Shown here in pieces: positions 9,246 to 19,358 of a DNA stretch of 64,000 nt. This stretch comes from Pseudomonadota bacterium (GTDB taxonomy: Bacteria > Desulfobacterota > Binatia > Binatales > Binataceae). Every line of letters begins with the position of its first letter. Position 1 is the first letter of the stretch. The notes under the pieces were generated by a model. It did not search any database. It worked only from the letters and a program-made list of their open reading frames with translations, and was not told the origin of the DNA. Where the stretch lies: contig JAJPIL010000001.1 in assembly GCA_021324755.1 (NCBI GenBank), forward strand, positions 152 through 64,151, written 5' to 3'. Both the position numbers and the translations under genes were made by a program.

Positions 9246-11068
9246 CGGTTCGAAATCCCAACGCCAAAGCCGCGCTCGCCCTGCTCGAGGAACTCTGCCG
9301 CTTGGGCGTGCGCGAGGTATGTATCAGCCCGGGCTCGCGCTCGACGGCGCTCGTGACCGCCGCGCTCAAGACGGCCGCGATGCGCTCGCGGGTAATCCTG
9401 GACGAGCGTTCGAGCGCTTTCTTCGCGCTCGGGCTTGCGCGCGCCTCGGGCCGACCGGCGCTCGCGATCTGCACCTCGGGCACCGCCGCCGCCAACTTCA
9501 TGCCCGCCGTGGTCGAAGCCAACCTCTCCCATACGCCGCTAATCGTGCTTACCGCCGACCGCCCGCCCGAGCTTCAGGATTGTCACGCGCCCCAGACGAT
9601 CGACCAGACGCGGCTTTACGGTGTTCACGTGCGCCTCAGTATCGAGCTTCCGGCGCCCGAGGACCGGCCCGACCTGGAAGAGAATTTCCGCGCCGCCGCC
9701 TTCCGCGCCTTCGCGGCGGCGATTGGAATCCCGCCCGGCCCGGTACATATAAACTTCCCCATGCGCGAGCCCCTGATCGACGTCGCGGAGGAAAAAGCTG
9801 CGCTCGACCGCCTAAGCGAGTCTCGATCCACGCCGACGCCTGCGTCCTCGGAGCCGCCGCCCACGGTCGCGATACTCCCAAGCCTGCTCGGCCCCGACCA
9901 GGCTGCCGTGGAGCAGCTCAAATCCACGCTCGATCGCAGCCTGCGCGGGCTTATTATCTGCGGCCCTGGGACGCTTGCCGGCCCCGACCCCGAAAAGGCG
10001 AAAAGAAGTATCCTTGCGCTCGCCGAGCGCCTCGACTGGCCCGTGCTCGCCGACCCGCTCTCCGGGATGCGTTTTGGTCGGCACGACGCAAGCCGTATCG
10101 TCGACGCCTACGACGTGTTGACCCGCGAGCGCAGGCTCGATCCCGCGCTCGCGCCCCAAGCCGCGATCCAGTTCGGACATCCGCTGACTTCCAAGGCGAC
10201 GCTCGAATTTCTGGCGCGCAACAAGCCGCTTGCCTTCTACCTGGTCGTCGCGCCGTGCGGAACCTGGCCCGACCCGTACCGCCTGGCCACGGCCGCGCTG
10301 CGCGCCGATCCGGTCGCGCTTTGCACCGCGCTGCTCGAGCAACACGGGCTTGCGCCCGCGCCCGCCGATTGGCGCGCACGATGGGAGATCGCGTCGCGCG
10401 CCGCGCGGGAGCGCCTAAACGCTCTGCTTGCCGACTATCAGGCACCTTTCGAAGGAAAAGTGTTCACGGAGCTTTTGGCCCGAATGCCCGAGCATAGCCT
10501 CCTCTACGTCGGCAACAGCATGCCCGTGCGCGACCTCGACACCTTCGGCCCTGCGCTCGGCCGCGAAATCCGCGTGCTCGCCAACCGCGGCGCAAACGGA
10601 ATCGACGGCGTCCTTTCCAGCGCGGCCGGCGCAAGCGCCGGCGCCTCGTGCCCCACCGTTTTGGTGCTGGGCGACCTAAGCTTCCTCCACGACTTGAGCG
10701 GCCTGCTCACCGCCGCGCGCTGGGCGCCGAACCTCACCGCCGTCGTGCTCAACAACGACGGCGGCGCGATCTTCTCGTTTCTGCCCCATGCCGCGCTCGG
10801 CGCGCCGTTCGTAACATACTTCGTCGCGCCCCACGGTCTCAAAGACCTCGCGCCCGCCGCCGAGCTCGTCGCCACGAACTTAAGCCGCCCGCAAAACTGG
10901 CCAGAGTTCGGCCAGACGCTTAAGCGCGCGCTCTGCGCGCCGGGCTTCAAGCTCGTCGAAGTCCGAACCGACCGCGACCAAAACCTAAAGCTCCATCGCC
11001 ACTTTATCGCCGAGGCGCTGGCGGCAAGCTGCCAGGCTCTCGCGCAGCGCGGGCTTCTACGAGAGTGA
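9242..11068 (+). CDS. menD: SEPHCHC synthase (ThDP-dependent)
   Basis: SPGSRST, DERSSAFFALG, CTSGTAAAN, TADRPPEL, NRGANGIDG, GDLSFLHD, NNDGG motifs; ATG 9242 overlaps menF stop (ATGA). Confidence 0.95.
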   Translation: MTVRNPNAKAALALLEELCRLGVREVCISPGSRSTALVTAALKTAAMRSRVILDERSSAFFALGLARASGRPALAICTSGTAAANFMPAVVEANLSHTPLIVLTADRPPELQDCHAPQTIDQTRLYGVHVRLSIELPAPEDRPDLEENFRAAAFRAFAAAIGIPPGPVHINFPMREPLIDVAEEKAALDRLSESRSTPTPASSEPPPTVAILPSLLGPDQAAVEQLKSTLDRSLRGLIICGPGTLAGPDPEKAKRSILALAERLDWPVLADPLSGMRFGRHDASRIVDAYDVLTRERRLDPALAPQAAIQFGHPLTSKATLEFLARNKPLAFYLVVAPCGTWPDPYRLATAALRADPVALCTALLEQHGLAPAPADWRARWEIASRAARERLNALLADYQAPFEGKVFTELLARMPEHSLLYVGNSMPVRDLDTFGPALGREIRVLANRGANGIDGVLSSAAGASAGASCPTVLVLGDLSFLHDLSGLLTAARWAPNLTAVVLNNDGGAIFSFLPHAALGAPFVTYFVAPHGLKDLAPAAELVATNLSRPQNWPEFGQTLKRALCAPGFKLVEVRTDRDQNLKLHRHFIAEALAASCQALAQRGLLRE

Positions 11069-11077
11069 GTTCGTGCC

Positions 11078-11986
11078 ATGGTCCGCAAAGTCGCAACCTC
11101 GCTTGCAACCTTCGAGCTTGCCGACGAGACGGCGCCGCGCCGATCATGCTCGAGCGCCGCACGCGACCACGAGCGATTGCCCGTGGCGCTCCTGCACGGC
11201 TTTACCGGCAACAAGCAAAGCTTCGCCACGCTGCGCTCGGGCCTGCGCGCCAGGGGCTTTCGCGTGCTCGCCTTCGACCTTCCATTCCATGGCGGCACGG
11301 TCGTGACCGCTCCAGTTGCGGCGCTGTCGGTCGAAGGATGCGCCCGGGCGCTCGTCGAGGCGCTCGACGCGCTCGGAGTCCAGCGCTTTTGCTTGATGGG
11401 CTACTCGATGGGCGGGCGAATCGCGCTTGCGCTCGCCCTGAACCATCCAGACCGCGTCGCGCGCCTGGTACTCGAGAGCGCCTCGGCCGGAATCGCCGAC
11501 GAGCGCGAGCGCGACGAGCGCCGGCGCGCCGACGAGGAGCTCGCCAGGTTCGCCGAAGAGAACGGAATCGAGCCGTTCGTGGCACGATGGGAGGCGATGG
11601 CGCTGTTCGCTTCGCTCGGCGCGATGCCCGAGCGCAGAAAACAGGCGCTCAGACGAATCCGCCTTTCGTGCCGCGCGCCGGAGCTCGCCCGATGCCTGCG
11701 CACGCTCGGCACCGGCTCCCAGCCTTACCTGGGAGACAGGCTACACACGCTTAGCGCCGAAACGCTGCTCATCGCCGGGCGACTCGACGCGAAGTATTGC
11801 GCCGCCGCGCGTGCGATGAACCGGGCGATCGCCCGTTCGCGCCTTGCGATAATCGACGGCGCCGGCCACGTCCCCCATCTGGAACGCCCCCGCGTCGTCC
11901 TGCGCCTGGTCGCGGCGTTCCTGGCGGGCAAGGAGCCTTTGCAAGAAATCAAATCCACACAGGGAGAAGAGATGCGATGTCGGTAA
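11078..11986 (+). CDS. menH: SHCHC synthase (alpha/beta hydrolase)
   Basis: LHGFTG, GYSMGGR nucleophile elbow, LESAS, AGH..HLE; position between menD and menB. Confidence 0.9.
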   Translation: MVRKVATSLATFELADETAPRRSCSSAARDHERLPVALLHGFTGNKQSFATLRSGLRARGFRVLAFDLPFHGGTVVTAPVAALSVEGCARALVEALDALGVQRFCLMGYSMGGRIALALALNHPDRVARLVLESASAGIADERERDERRRADEELARFAEENGIEPFVARWEAMALFASLGAMPERRKQALRRIRLSCRAPELARCLRTLGTGSQPYLGDRLHTLSAETLLIAGRLDAKYCAAARAMNRAIARSRLAIIDGAGHVPHLERPRVVLRLVAAFLAGKEPLQEIKSTQGEEMRCR

Positions 11987-12801
11987 AGTGGGTCAAACTT
12001 CGCGACTACCAAGATATCAAGTACGAAAAAGTGGAAGGCGAAGCGATCGCCAAGATAACGATCAATCGCCCCCACGTGCGAAACGCCTTCCGCCCGCTTA
12101 CGGTAAGCGAGATGATCGACGCGTTTTCGCGCGCCCGCGACGACGCCGATATCGGCGTGATTATCCTTACCGGCGAAGGGACGCTCGCCTTTTGCAGCGG
12201 CGGCGACCAGCGCGTGCGCGGCGACCAGGGCTACGTCGGCGAGGACAAAATACCGCGCCTCAACGTGCTCGACCTGCAAAAGCTGATCCGCAGTATCCCC
12301 AAGCCGGTGGTGGCGATGGTCGCCGGCTACGCGATCGGCGGAGGCCACGTGCTTCACGTGGTGTGCGACCTTACGATCGCCGCCGACAACGCCGTCTTCG
12401 GCCAGACCGGCCCCAGAGTGGGAAGCTTCGACGGCGGCTTCGGCGCCTCCCAGCTCGCCCGCCTCGTCGGCCAAAAGAAGGCGCGCGAAATATGGTATCT
12501 GTGCCGCCAGTACAGCGCCAAGGAAGCGCTCGAGATGGGATTGGTCAACACGGTCGTGCCGCTGGCCGAACTGGAGCAAACGACGCTCCAATGGTGCCGC
12601 GAGATGCTGGCGATGAGCCCGTTGGCGCTGCGATGCCTTAAGTCGGCGTTCAACGCCGAAATGGACGGGATGGCGGGAATTCAGGAGCTCGCCGGCAACG
12701 CAACGCTGCTCTACTACATGACCGAAGAGGCCCAGGAAGGGCGAAACGCGTACCTCGAGAAGCGTAAGCCCGACTTCTCGCGCTTCAGACGGCTGCCATG
12801 A
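11977..12801 (+). CDS. menB: 1,4-dihydroxy-2-naphthoyl-CoA synthase
   Basis: [41 protein letters not shown] motifs; start set at ATG 11977. Confidence 0.97.
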   Translation: MSVKWVKLRDYQDIKYEKVEGEAIAKITINRPHVRNAFRPLTVSEMIDAFSRARDDADIGVIILTGEGTLAFCSGGDQRVRGDQGYVGEDKIPRLNVLDLQKLIRSIPKPVVAMVAGYAIGGGHVLHVVCDLTIAADNAVFGQTGPRVGSFDGGFGASQLARLVGQKKAREIWYLCRQYSAKEALEMGLVNTVVPLAELEQTTLQWCREMLAMSPLALRCLKSAFNAEMDGMAGIQELAGNATLLYYMTEEAQEGRNAYLEKRKPDFSRFRRLP

Positions 12802-13739
12802 GCGGCGAGAAAGAAAACCGCTTGCCTGGCGCTCACGGACGTTCTGACGCCGAGGGTGCCATGCGCGATCTCGGCGGGCTTTCGAAATGGGTGATGGCGG
12901 CGCGGCCGCGCACCTTGCCGGCGGCGGTCGTGCCCGTAATCGTGGGGCTTTCGCTCGCGCGCCGCTTCCGACCGCTCGACCCGCTGGTAGCGGCCGCCAC
13001 GCTCGCCGCCGCGCTCCTGATCCAGATCGGCACCAACTACGCCAACGACTACTACGACTTCGTCTCGGGAGCCGACGTTCCGGGCCGCCTGGGTCCGACG
13101 AGAATCACCCAGGCGGGGCTCGCCACGCCCAGCGCGGTAAAGCGCGCCGCCTTCGCCTCGCTCGGCCTTGCGGCGGCGATCGGCCTCTACCTGGTCGCCA
13201 AGGGCGGATGGCCGATTCTTTTAGTTGGCGTGGCCTCGCTCGCAAGCGCGCTCGCCTACAGCGCCGGCCCCTATCCGCTCGCCTCGCTCGGCCTGGGAGA
13301 CCTTTTCGTTTTTATCTTCTTCGGCCTGGTCGCGGTAAACGGCGCCGTCTATCTTCAGGGCGCACCGCTCGGCGCGCTGTCGCTGCTCGCCTCGCTGCCC
13401 GTAGCCTGCCTGGTGACGGCGATCCTTGTGGTGAACAACGTGCGCGACATCCCCACCGACGCCCAGGCAGGCAAGCGCACGCTTGCCGTGCGCTTGGGCG
13501 AGCGGGCGGGCCGGCTCGAGTACTACGTGCTGGTCGCGGGCGCCTACCTGGCGCTGGTCCCGCTCTGGAAGGCGGCGGGAGCGGGCGTGATGCTCGCGCT
13601 GCTAAGCGCGCCCGTGGCGCTTGCCGAAGCGCGCGCCTTCAGCGTGCGACGAGGTGCCGCGCTCAACCAAAGCCTTGCCGGCACGGCGCGCCTCCATCTG
13701 ATCTTCGGCCTTCTGCTCGCGCTGGGACTTCTGCTCTGA
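12798..13739 (+). CDS. menA: 1,4-dihydroxy-2-naphthoate polyprenyltransferase
   Basis: [34 protein letters not shown] motifs, multiple TM helices. Confidence 0.93.
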   Translation: MSGEKENRLPGAHGRSDAEGAMRDLGGLSKWVMAARPRTLPAAVVPVIVGLSLARRFRPLDPLVAAATLAAALLIQIGTNYANDYYDFVSGADVPGRLGPTRITQAGLATPSAVKRAAFASLGLAAAIGLYLVAKGGWPILLVGVASLASALAYSAGPYPLASLGLGDLFVFIFFGLVAVNGAVYLQGAPLGALSLLASLPVACLVTAILVVNNVRDIPTDAQAGKRTLAVRLGERAGRLEYYVLVAGAYLALVPLWKAAGAGVMLALLSAPVALAEARAFSVRRGAALNQSLAGTARLHLIFGLLLALGLLL

Positions 13740-13748
13740 GCACGCCCC

Positions 13749-13809
13749 GAGCAGGCGGCGCCGTATCGCTCCTTCCACTTTCGCCTTCGCGCGCAAAGGC
13801 CGCCTGCTC
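13749..13809. other. 11-bp inverted repeat between menA and menC
   Basis: GAGCAGGCGGC (13749-13759) / GCCGCCTGCTC (13799-13809). Confidence 0.4.
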
Positions 13810-14002
13810 AAGGTTAATGCCGTAATTTTTACCTGCACGGGGCGCTTTCCACTCGCGCCCGGCCGCACCTCGAAGCTCAGCCTTGACGCCTTTGAAAAGG
13901 CGCGCTCGAATCGTGCTTGTCAGGCGCGGGCAGCAGCGCTATGGGAGAACAAGACATCTTTTGGGTGCTCGATCGAGGATAGCGACTTTTACGGGATTGG
14001 CG

Positions 14003-15196
14003 ATGAGGATCGTTCGCGCCGAAATCGAACATCGAAGGCTTAAGCTTCGTGCTCCGCTTACGACCTCGCGAGCGACGATCGCCGAACGCGAAAGCTTCGT
14101 GCTGCGCCTTTACGACGAACAAGGTGTTTGGGGCGCGGGCGAGGCCGCCCCGCCCTACTGGCTGGGAGGCGAAACGCTAAAACAAACCTACGCCTCGCTG
14201 AGCGCCGTCGCCGAGCTCGTCGCCCGCCGCTCCCATCCGGGCACCCATCCCGCGCTTCTGCTACCGGAGCGAAAAGGCCGTCTGTCAGGCGCTTGCGCCG
14301 CAAGGCGAACTCGCCTTCGAGAGGCTCCTGGAGGAGAAAGATTGTGCGGTCGGCGCAGGCTTGCTGAGCTCGCCGTAGCGCTTTCGCCGGCTGCGCGATG
14401 CGCGCTCGAGGCAGCGATGCTCGACCTCGAGGCGAGGCTCAAGGGCGCAAGCGTGGCCTCGCTTCTCTCGCGAGCTTTGCCAAAAACGTCTCCCAACCAG
14501 CCGCTTTACGTCTCGGCGCTGCTCAAGGCGCGCACCGCGCCCGGCGTCTACGCCGAGGCGCGCGCGCTGGCCGACAAGGGCTTTTGCGCCTTCAAGCTCA
14601 AAGTGGGAGCGCGCGAGATCGAGGACGACCTTGCGCTGCTGCGCGCGCTAAGACGGGCGCTTGCCTCGAGCGGCGCAAAGACGGCCTCGATTCGGCTCGA
14701 CGCAAATCGTGCCTTCTCCTTTGGCACAGCGCTCGAATTTCTCAAAGCCGCGCTCGCCGAAGGGCCGCTCGAGTTCGTCGAGGAGCCGCTCAAAAGGCCT
14801 GCGCCGGCGGCGCTTGCGCGCCTTCGCCACGAGCTCGCCGTTGCGATCGCGCTCGATGAGTCCGTGACCAGCGAGTCGCAACTGCGCACCTACCTTCGCG
14901 CCGGCGCGCTCGACGTCGTGGTGGTAAAGACTGCACGCCTGGGAGGACTAAGCTCCGCGCTCGAGCTCGCCCGCACAGCGCTCGGCGCGGGGGCACGCGT
15001 ATGTGTCACCGACGCGATCGAAGGGCCGCTCGGGATGGCCGCCGCGGTCCATCTGGGAGCGGCGCTCTCTCCGTTCGCGCTCGCTCTGGGTCTGGGAGGC
15101 GCACGCTACCTTGCCGAGCGCGTGCTCGGCGACTTCCCAGCTCGTGCGCCAATCCTTTTCGCATGCGCGCCCGGCTTCTCGGTGCAAGCCGCCTAG
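14003..15196 (+). CDS. menC: o-succinylbenzoate synthase (enolase superfamily)
   Basis: GAGEAAP, KLKVG, RLDAN, VEEP, LDES, VVK..RLGG motifs; in men cluster; start set at ATG 14003. Confidence 0.8.
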   Translation: MRIVRAEIEHRRLKLRAPLTTSRATIAERESFVLRLYDEQGVWGAGEAAPPYWLGGETLKQTYASLSAVAELVARRSHPGTHPALLLPERKGRLSGACAARRTRLREAPGGERLCGRRRLAELAVALSPAARCALEAAMLDLEARLKGASVASLLSRALPKTSPNQPLYVSALLKARTAPGVYAEARALADKGFCAFKLKVGAREIEDDLALLRALRRALASSGAKTASIRLDANRAFSFGTALEFLKAALAEGPLEFVEEPLKRPAPAALARLRHELAVAIALDESVTSESQLRTYLRAGALDVVVVKTARLGGLSSALELARTALGAGARVCVTDAIEGPLGMAAAVHLGAALSPFALALGLGGARYLAERVLGDFPARAPILFACAPGFSVQAA

Positions 15197-15386
15197 CGCC
15201 CCATCCCCGCCCAAGGCAAAAACCTGCCCGCCGCGCGCACCTGGCGCGCCAAGGGCTTGACCGGCACTCGCTTGCACTCTAGCCTTGAAAAGCTTCCAGG
15301 CGCTGGCTTGCAAGAAGAGCCGCCCGCTCGGACTTCTCGCTCAAAGTCCACGAGGATGGTTTTTTCGATCTCTTCGCCGTCGGCGC

Positions 15387-15417
15387 TGAATTTTTTAAGG
15401 GCAGGCGAAAAAATTCA
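15387..15417. promoter_or_regulatory. candidate palindromic operator upstream of ompA-like gene
   Basis: perfect AT-rich 10-bp inverted repeat TGAATTTTTT-N11-AAAAAATTCA in a GC-rich context. Confidence 0.4.
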
Positions 15418-15690
15418 CAAACTCGACACGCCAAGCGATTGCATCAAGGGCGCCTGTTTTACTAGCCTGTTTCAAGCCCACCAAATTGGGTATGCTTGGC
15501 AAGCCGGTGCGCCGACGATCGTGGGTGGCGAACCGGCGTTGTGGATGGAGCGCGGGAGGAGCGAAGGCAAACCGATGCTTGCCGGCGCCCGACCTTGGCG
15601 GGCGAGCTTCGGCCCGAAGCCCGCGACCGCGTAAGGCGCGCCTGACCCGGTCAGGCGCGAAAAAATCGCGAGCAGGAGGAGAAAAGTTGC

Positions 15691-16407
15691 ATGGCTGGTT
15701 CGAAACCAAAAGGACGCGTGTCCGCTTTGCTCGGACTTTCCCTGGGGACCGTCCTAGCGCTAAACGGCTGCAGCCTCAACGGCGTGACCGAAAGACGTGA
15801 ACGGATCAAGCGATGTATGATCAACGGCGCGATCTTGGGCGCGATGACCGGTGGCCTTGCAGGCGGCCTTACGGCGGCGCGCTCGGATTGGTCCGACAAC
15901 GCCAAGATCGGACTTCCCGCCGGAATCGTGGGCGGCGCTTTAGTCGGCAGCGCCTTGGGTTACCTGATGTGCCCCGAGCAGCAGGCGCAAGCCGCGCCAC
16001 CGCCGCCGCCACCGCCGCCGCCACCGCCACCTCCCCCACCTCCACCTCCGCCTGCTGCGCCCCCAGCTAAGAAGATTATTCTGCGCGGCGTGCACTTCGA
16101 CTTCGACAAAGCGGTGATCCGGCCGGTCGACGAGCCGGTGCTGGATGAGGCCGTGGAGACGCTCAAGGAGAACCCCAATTTGCGGGTCGAGGTCAACGGC
16201 TACACCGACGCTATCGGCAGCGAGGCCTACAATTTAAGGCTTTCCGAGCGGCGTGCCCAAGCGGTGGCGCGCTACCTTGAAGCGCACGGAATCGCGCGCG
16301 ATCGGCTGATTATCCACGGCTACGGCAAGACCCATTTCGTGGCCACCAACCGAACCGCCGAAGGCCGCGCGCAAAACCGCCGAGTCGAACTGATCCCGAT
16401 TCAGTAG
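15691..16407 (+). CDS. OmpA-family peptidoglycan-binding lipoprotein with glycine zipper and poly-proline linker
   Basis: lipobox LNGC, GxxxG repeats, 19 consecutive Pro, FDFDK...GYTD..GSEAYN.RLSERRA...NRRVE domain; AGGAGG SD. Confidence 0.92.
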   Translation: MAGSKPKGRVSALLGLSLGTVLALNGCSLNGVTERRERIKRCMINGAILGAMTGGLAGGLTAARSDWSDNAKIGLPAGIVGGALVGSALGYLMCPEQQAQAAPPPPPPPPPPPPPPPPPPPAAPPAKKIILRGVHFDFDKAVIRPVDEPVLDEAVETLKENPNLRVEVNGYTDAIGSEAYNLRLSERRAQAVARYLEAHGIARDRLIIHGYGKTHFVATNRTAEGRAQNRRVELIPIQ

Positions 16408-16443
16408 CGCAAGCCACACCCGTTGGCCGACACGCGCTAAGGC

Positions 16444-16481
16444 TCCGGCCGCGCCCTGTTGACTTCAAGGGCGCGGCCGGA
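16444..16481 (+). terminator. strong hairpin downstream of ompA-like gene (terminator or stabiliser)
   Basis: 14-bp stem TCCGGCCGCGCCCT / AGGGCGCGGCCGGA; U-tract weak. Confidence 0.5.
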
Positions 16482-16538
16482 TTAAGGCTTGTAGCTTGAA
16501 AAACCGAAAGCCCGGCAGGGGGAGAAGAGTCGAGAGCT

Positions 16539-17042
16539 ATGGGGAAGTTCGGATCGACTGCCGCCGTGATCCGCTCGTCCGCGGCGGCGCTACTTTTGTG
16601 CGTGATCGCTCTTGCCCAAGCAAAATCGGCCGCCGCCCAAGGACTCGACGCACAGCGCCCGGGCGCAAGCCTGACCGCCAGAGCCGCGCGCGCCGACGAC
16701 AGCTCGAGCCTTTACCGCGAGGCCGAACGCGCCTTTCCGGCCTTCTGCCGCGAGTGGGAACGAAAACTGCGCCAACGCGAGCAGGACAACCTTGCCAACC
16801 TTAGATGGAGCGAGCGCAACGGCTACCAGACCGCGACCTACGTCGGCTACGGCCCGATCGAAAGCTGCGTCTGCAAGCGCTCAGCAAAAGGCCAGCCCGT
16901 CGGCAAAATCGTATACCGCGAGATGGTCTACTACTTGGTCGGGCGCACCGTGGAAGAGGCCAAGCGTAGCCAACCCAAACTTATCGGCAGCACCGATACG
17001 GTCGAGCTTTTCAACTGGAGCGGCCATCGATGGGAATACTGA
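16539..17042 (+). CDS. hypothetical exported protein
   Basis: 167-aa ORF, N-terminal signal-like segment, globular C-terminal part containing Cys. Confidence 0.7.
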   Translation: MGKFGSTAAVIRSSAAALLLCVIALAQAKSAAAQGLDAQRPGASLTARAARADDSSSLYREAERAFPAFCREWERKLRQREQDNLANLRWSERNGYQTATYVGYGPIESCVCKRSAKGQPVGKIVYREMVYYLVGRTVEEAKRSQPKLIGSTDTVELFNWSGHRWEY

Positions 17043-17690
17043 GCGGCGCAACTTTGCGCGCCGTCCGACCGAAGGCGCCCAGCGCTCAAGCTCCGAACAA
17101 GCCGCCCCGGGCTAAAGCCGCGCACGTCTCGAACCATTCAGCACACCCCTAGCGCTAAGCGCTCTTGCGCGCTTGCGGCCTGGGCGCAAAGGCCCGAGGA
17201 GCGCGCAAGCCCACGGACGCGCCGAACCATCTTGGCGCTTTCGCGCCGCGGCTGCGCACGACGGCTCGAAGGTGCGCTCTTTCGCCGAGGCCTCCTCCCA
17301 GAGGCACCTGCGCACCGGCGAAAGGCGGTCCCGGCGTTGCAAGATAAGTTTGCGGCGCGCGCAAGCCAATTTGGAAGGCGCGCACCTTCCAGGCTAAAAC
17401 GTCACCGCCAAACAAGGGGCCTTGGCCGGGTCTATCTCGTGGCGGCCCGCGCCCTGGATGGAGCGGCGCGAAAAGACGCCCCCGAGCGGAACAAGCGAGC
17501 GCAAAGCGCCAGCCCCCGCGCAAACCCGCCCGAACGGAGCCTCTTTCGCGCCCTCTCTACCACGGGCGCCGAGCTTGTGTGAACCGAACCCCCCGTTTGT
17601 ATCGTTTCCGCAACCGAGCGTCGTCTTCCCCCCAAAATGTGCGCGCCGGCGTCGTCTACCGCGCCGACGCTGACACCGCACGCTTGCCGC

Positions 17691-17924
17691 TCAGCTGCTC
17701 CTGCGCTTGAACGTAAGCGCAAGTTCGCTTCCGCGAAGCGTGCAGGTCACATTGTCGCCGGCCTTGAGCCTTAGCGCCTTGCGCACCGGGGCGGGAATAA
17801 CGATTCGCCCCTGCAAATCGAGCTTGACGGTGTAGGAGTCCGCTTTCTTAGGCGGCTTGGAAACTTTTTGCGCCTTCACCATCGGTTTCGATTTCGCCTT
17901 CATAGCCGTAACCCTCTGTACCAT
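17691..17924 (-). CDS. AbrB/MazE/SpoVT-family DNA-binding protein
   Basis: VKLDLQGRIVIPAPVRKALRLKAGD signature; start ATG 17924 or 17903. Confidence 0.8.
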   Translation of the reverse strand: MVQRVTAMKAKSKPMVKAQKVSKPPKKADSYTVKLDLQGRIVIPAPVRKALRLKAGDNVTCTLRGSELALTFKRRSS

Positions 17925-17960
17925 AGTCTAATTATATATCCATCCACGCGTGACTTGCAT
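17925..17960 (-). promoter_or_regulatory. candidate sigma70 promoter of the AbrB-type gene
   Basis: perfect TATAAT (17936-17931) 6 nt before ATG 17924, which is leaderless spacing; weak -35 ATGCAA. Confidence 0.4.
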
Positions 17961-18178
17961 AATTCCCCATCAACCTCCTTCGCAGCCACGAGCTTAGCTT
18001 GTAACCATAAATACGCGATAAAGCAACTCCCCAGACGCAAAATTGTGGGGATTTGCACCCTGCGAGGGGCAAAACCAGACCAAAGCGGGGGTCTAGATGC
18101 CCCGACCGGGCAGGATCCAGGTCCGGCGCCGTGATATGCAAGTTTGCTCTGATTGAGGCTCTCGAAATTTTTGACGCG

Positions 18179-18736
18179 CTAAGCTTCGTCAGCGTCGTCT
18201 TGCTTGGCGTCGTCAGCGGCGGCGTCGTCGCCTTGCTTGGCGTCGTCGGCCTGCGACTCGTCGCCCAGGTAGACAGAACTATTCGGCGCCGCCAGATATT
18301 CGCGCAACGCCACGATCGACAGTTTGTCGAACGAGGCAAGCGTGGCCTCGGTCTGTTGGCGCGCCGGCGCGTCGAGCCCCAGAAGGGCCGCTTCGCGCTC
18401 CTCGATCTTAAGCGCCCGGTCGATCGCTTTTAGCGGCTCGCGCTCAAAATGTTGCCACAAAAGCCTGCGCATCGCACCAAGCCGCCGGAGCATCGCTTGT
18501 CGCGCCTGCTCCAGGTCGCTCGTCGGCTCCTGTCGAGCCTCGCGCAAAAGCGCCGCAAGTTCGCCGACGCCTCTTCCAGGGGCCTTCCGCTCGCTCCTGG
18601 TCTCGCCGCTCGCCGCAACCTGTGGCAGCAGGGGTTTTGCCGAACCGCGTTTGGTTGCGGCTTTAATCCCATTTTTTCGTTTCGGTCCTCGAGTGGAAGT
18701 CCTTTGGTTGGTCGGCCGCTTATCCCTCGTTCGCAT
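18179..18736 (-). CDS. phage protein, terminase small subunit-like
   Basis: AIDRALKIEEREAALLGLDAP resembles the RxxLLGLDAP motif of small phage proteins found before terL; acidic ADDAKQ repeat tail. Confidence 0.5.
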   Translation of the reverse strand: MRTRDKRPTNQRTSTRGPKRKNGIKAATKRGSAKPLLPQVAASGETRSERKAPGRGVGELAALLREARQEPTSDLEQARQAMLRRLGAMRRLLWQHFEREPLKAIDRALKIEEREAALLGLDAPARQQTEATLASFDKLSIVALREYLAAPNSSVYLGDESQADDAKQGDDAAADDAKQDDADEA

Positions 18737-18766
18737 CGATCGCCTCGCTCGATTTTTTGGATCTGT

Positions 18767-18905
18767 TTCTTTGGTACGCTCAATCGTGCTCCCCGTCGCG
18801 CCTTTTTGGTCCGCCTAGTCGCGGTCCCCATCGCGCCTTTTTGGTCGGCTTAATCGTGACCTCTAACGCACCTTTTGATAGGCCTAATCGCGGCTTTCGT
18901 CGCGC
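18767..18905. repeat. 4 tandem degenerate repeats of 35/35/35/34 bp
   Basis: units start 18767, 18802, 18837, 18872; approximate consensus CTTTTTGGTCGGCTTAATCGCGGCCCCGTCGCGC; period is not a multiple of 3. Confidence 0.75.
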
Positions 18906-19357
18906 CTTTTTTCGCCTTCCAGCGCGATAAGAGCGGCGCTCAGGCGCAAAAGGGCGCCAGGCGCGGGCGGCACGAGCGCGTCGAAGCCGCGGGCGAAGAA
19001 GTCGGGATGCCAGTGCGCGGGGTAGTCGGCGATCGTCTGTCCGGGCAGGAGGCCGCGCGCAAGCAGCGCCGCCTTGTTGGCAAGTACGTTGCAGTCGCGG
19101 CAGATAAGCTCCTCGAGCGGCCCGGCGCATCGCGCACACCCCATCGGCGCGCCGCATCGCCAGCACGGCGGATGGGGCGGTGCGGGCGAATGATGGGGCA
19201 GATGCGGGTTGGTCATTTGCGCGAACAGCGCGCGCCCGCCTTCGCAATGGAAAACCGGCGTCTGTGGCTTCCATCCAAGCGCCCCAAGGTCAGCGCCGCA
19301 TTCGGGGCAAAACGCGCGTTCGCCTGCCGAGTTCGAAAATCGCCGCTTAATCGCCAT
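18884..19357 (-). CDS. Cys-rich putative zinc-binding protein
   Basis: CPEC, CWRC, CARC, CRDC motifs; ATG 19357 preceded by AGGAGG, immediately after the rep stop. Confidence 0.65.
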   Translation of the reverse strand: MAIKRRFSNSAGERAFCPECGADLGALGWKPQTPVFHCEGGRALFAQMTNPHLPHHSPAPPHPPCWRCGAPMGCARCAGPLEELICRDCNVLANKAALLARGLLPGQTIADYPAHWHPDFFARGFDALVPPAPGALLRLSAALIALEGEKRRDESRD

Positions 19358-19358
19358 C

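Noticed and set aside
5500-15300. Many 100-390 aa overlapping ORFs on both strands
   Set aside because: Shadow frames of GC-rich genes with Arg/Ala/Pro-biased composition
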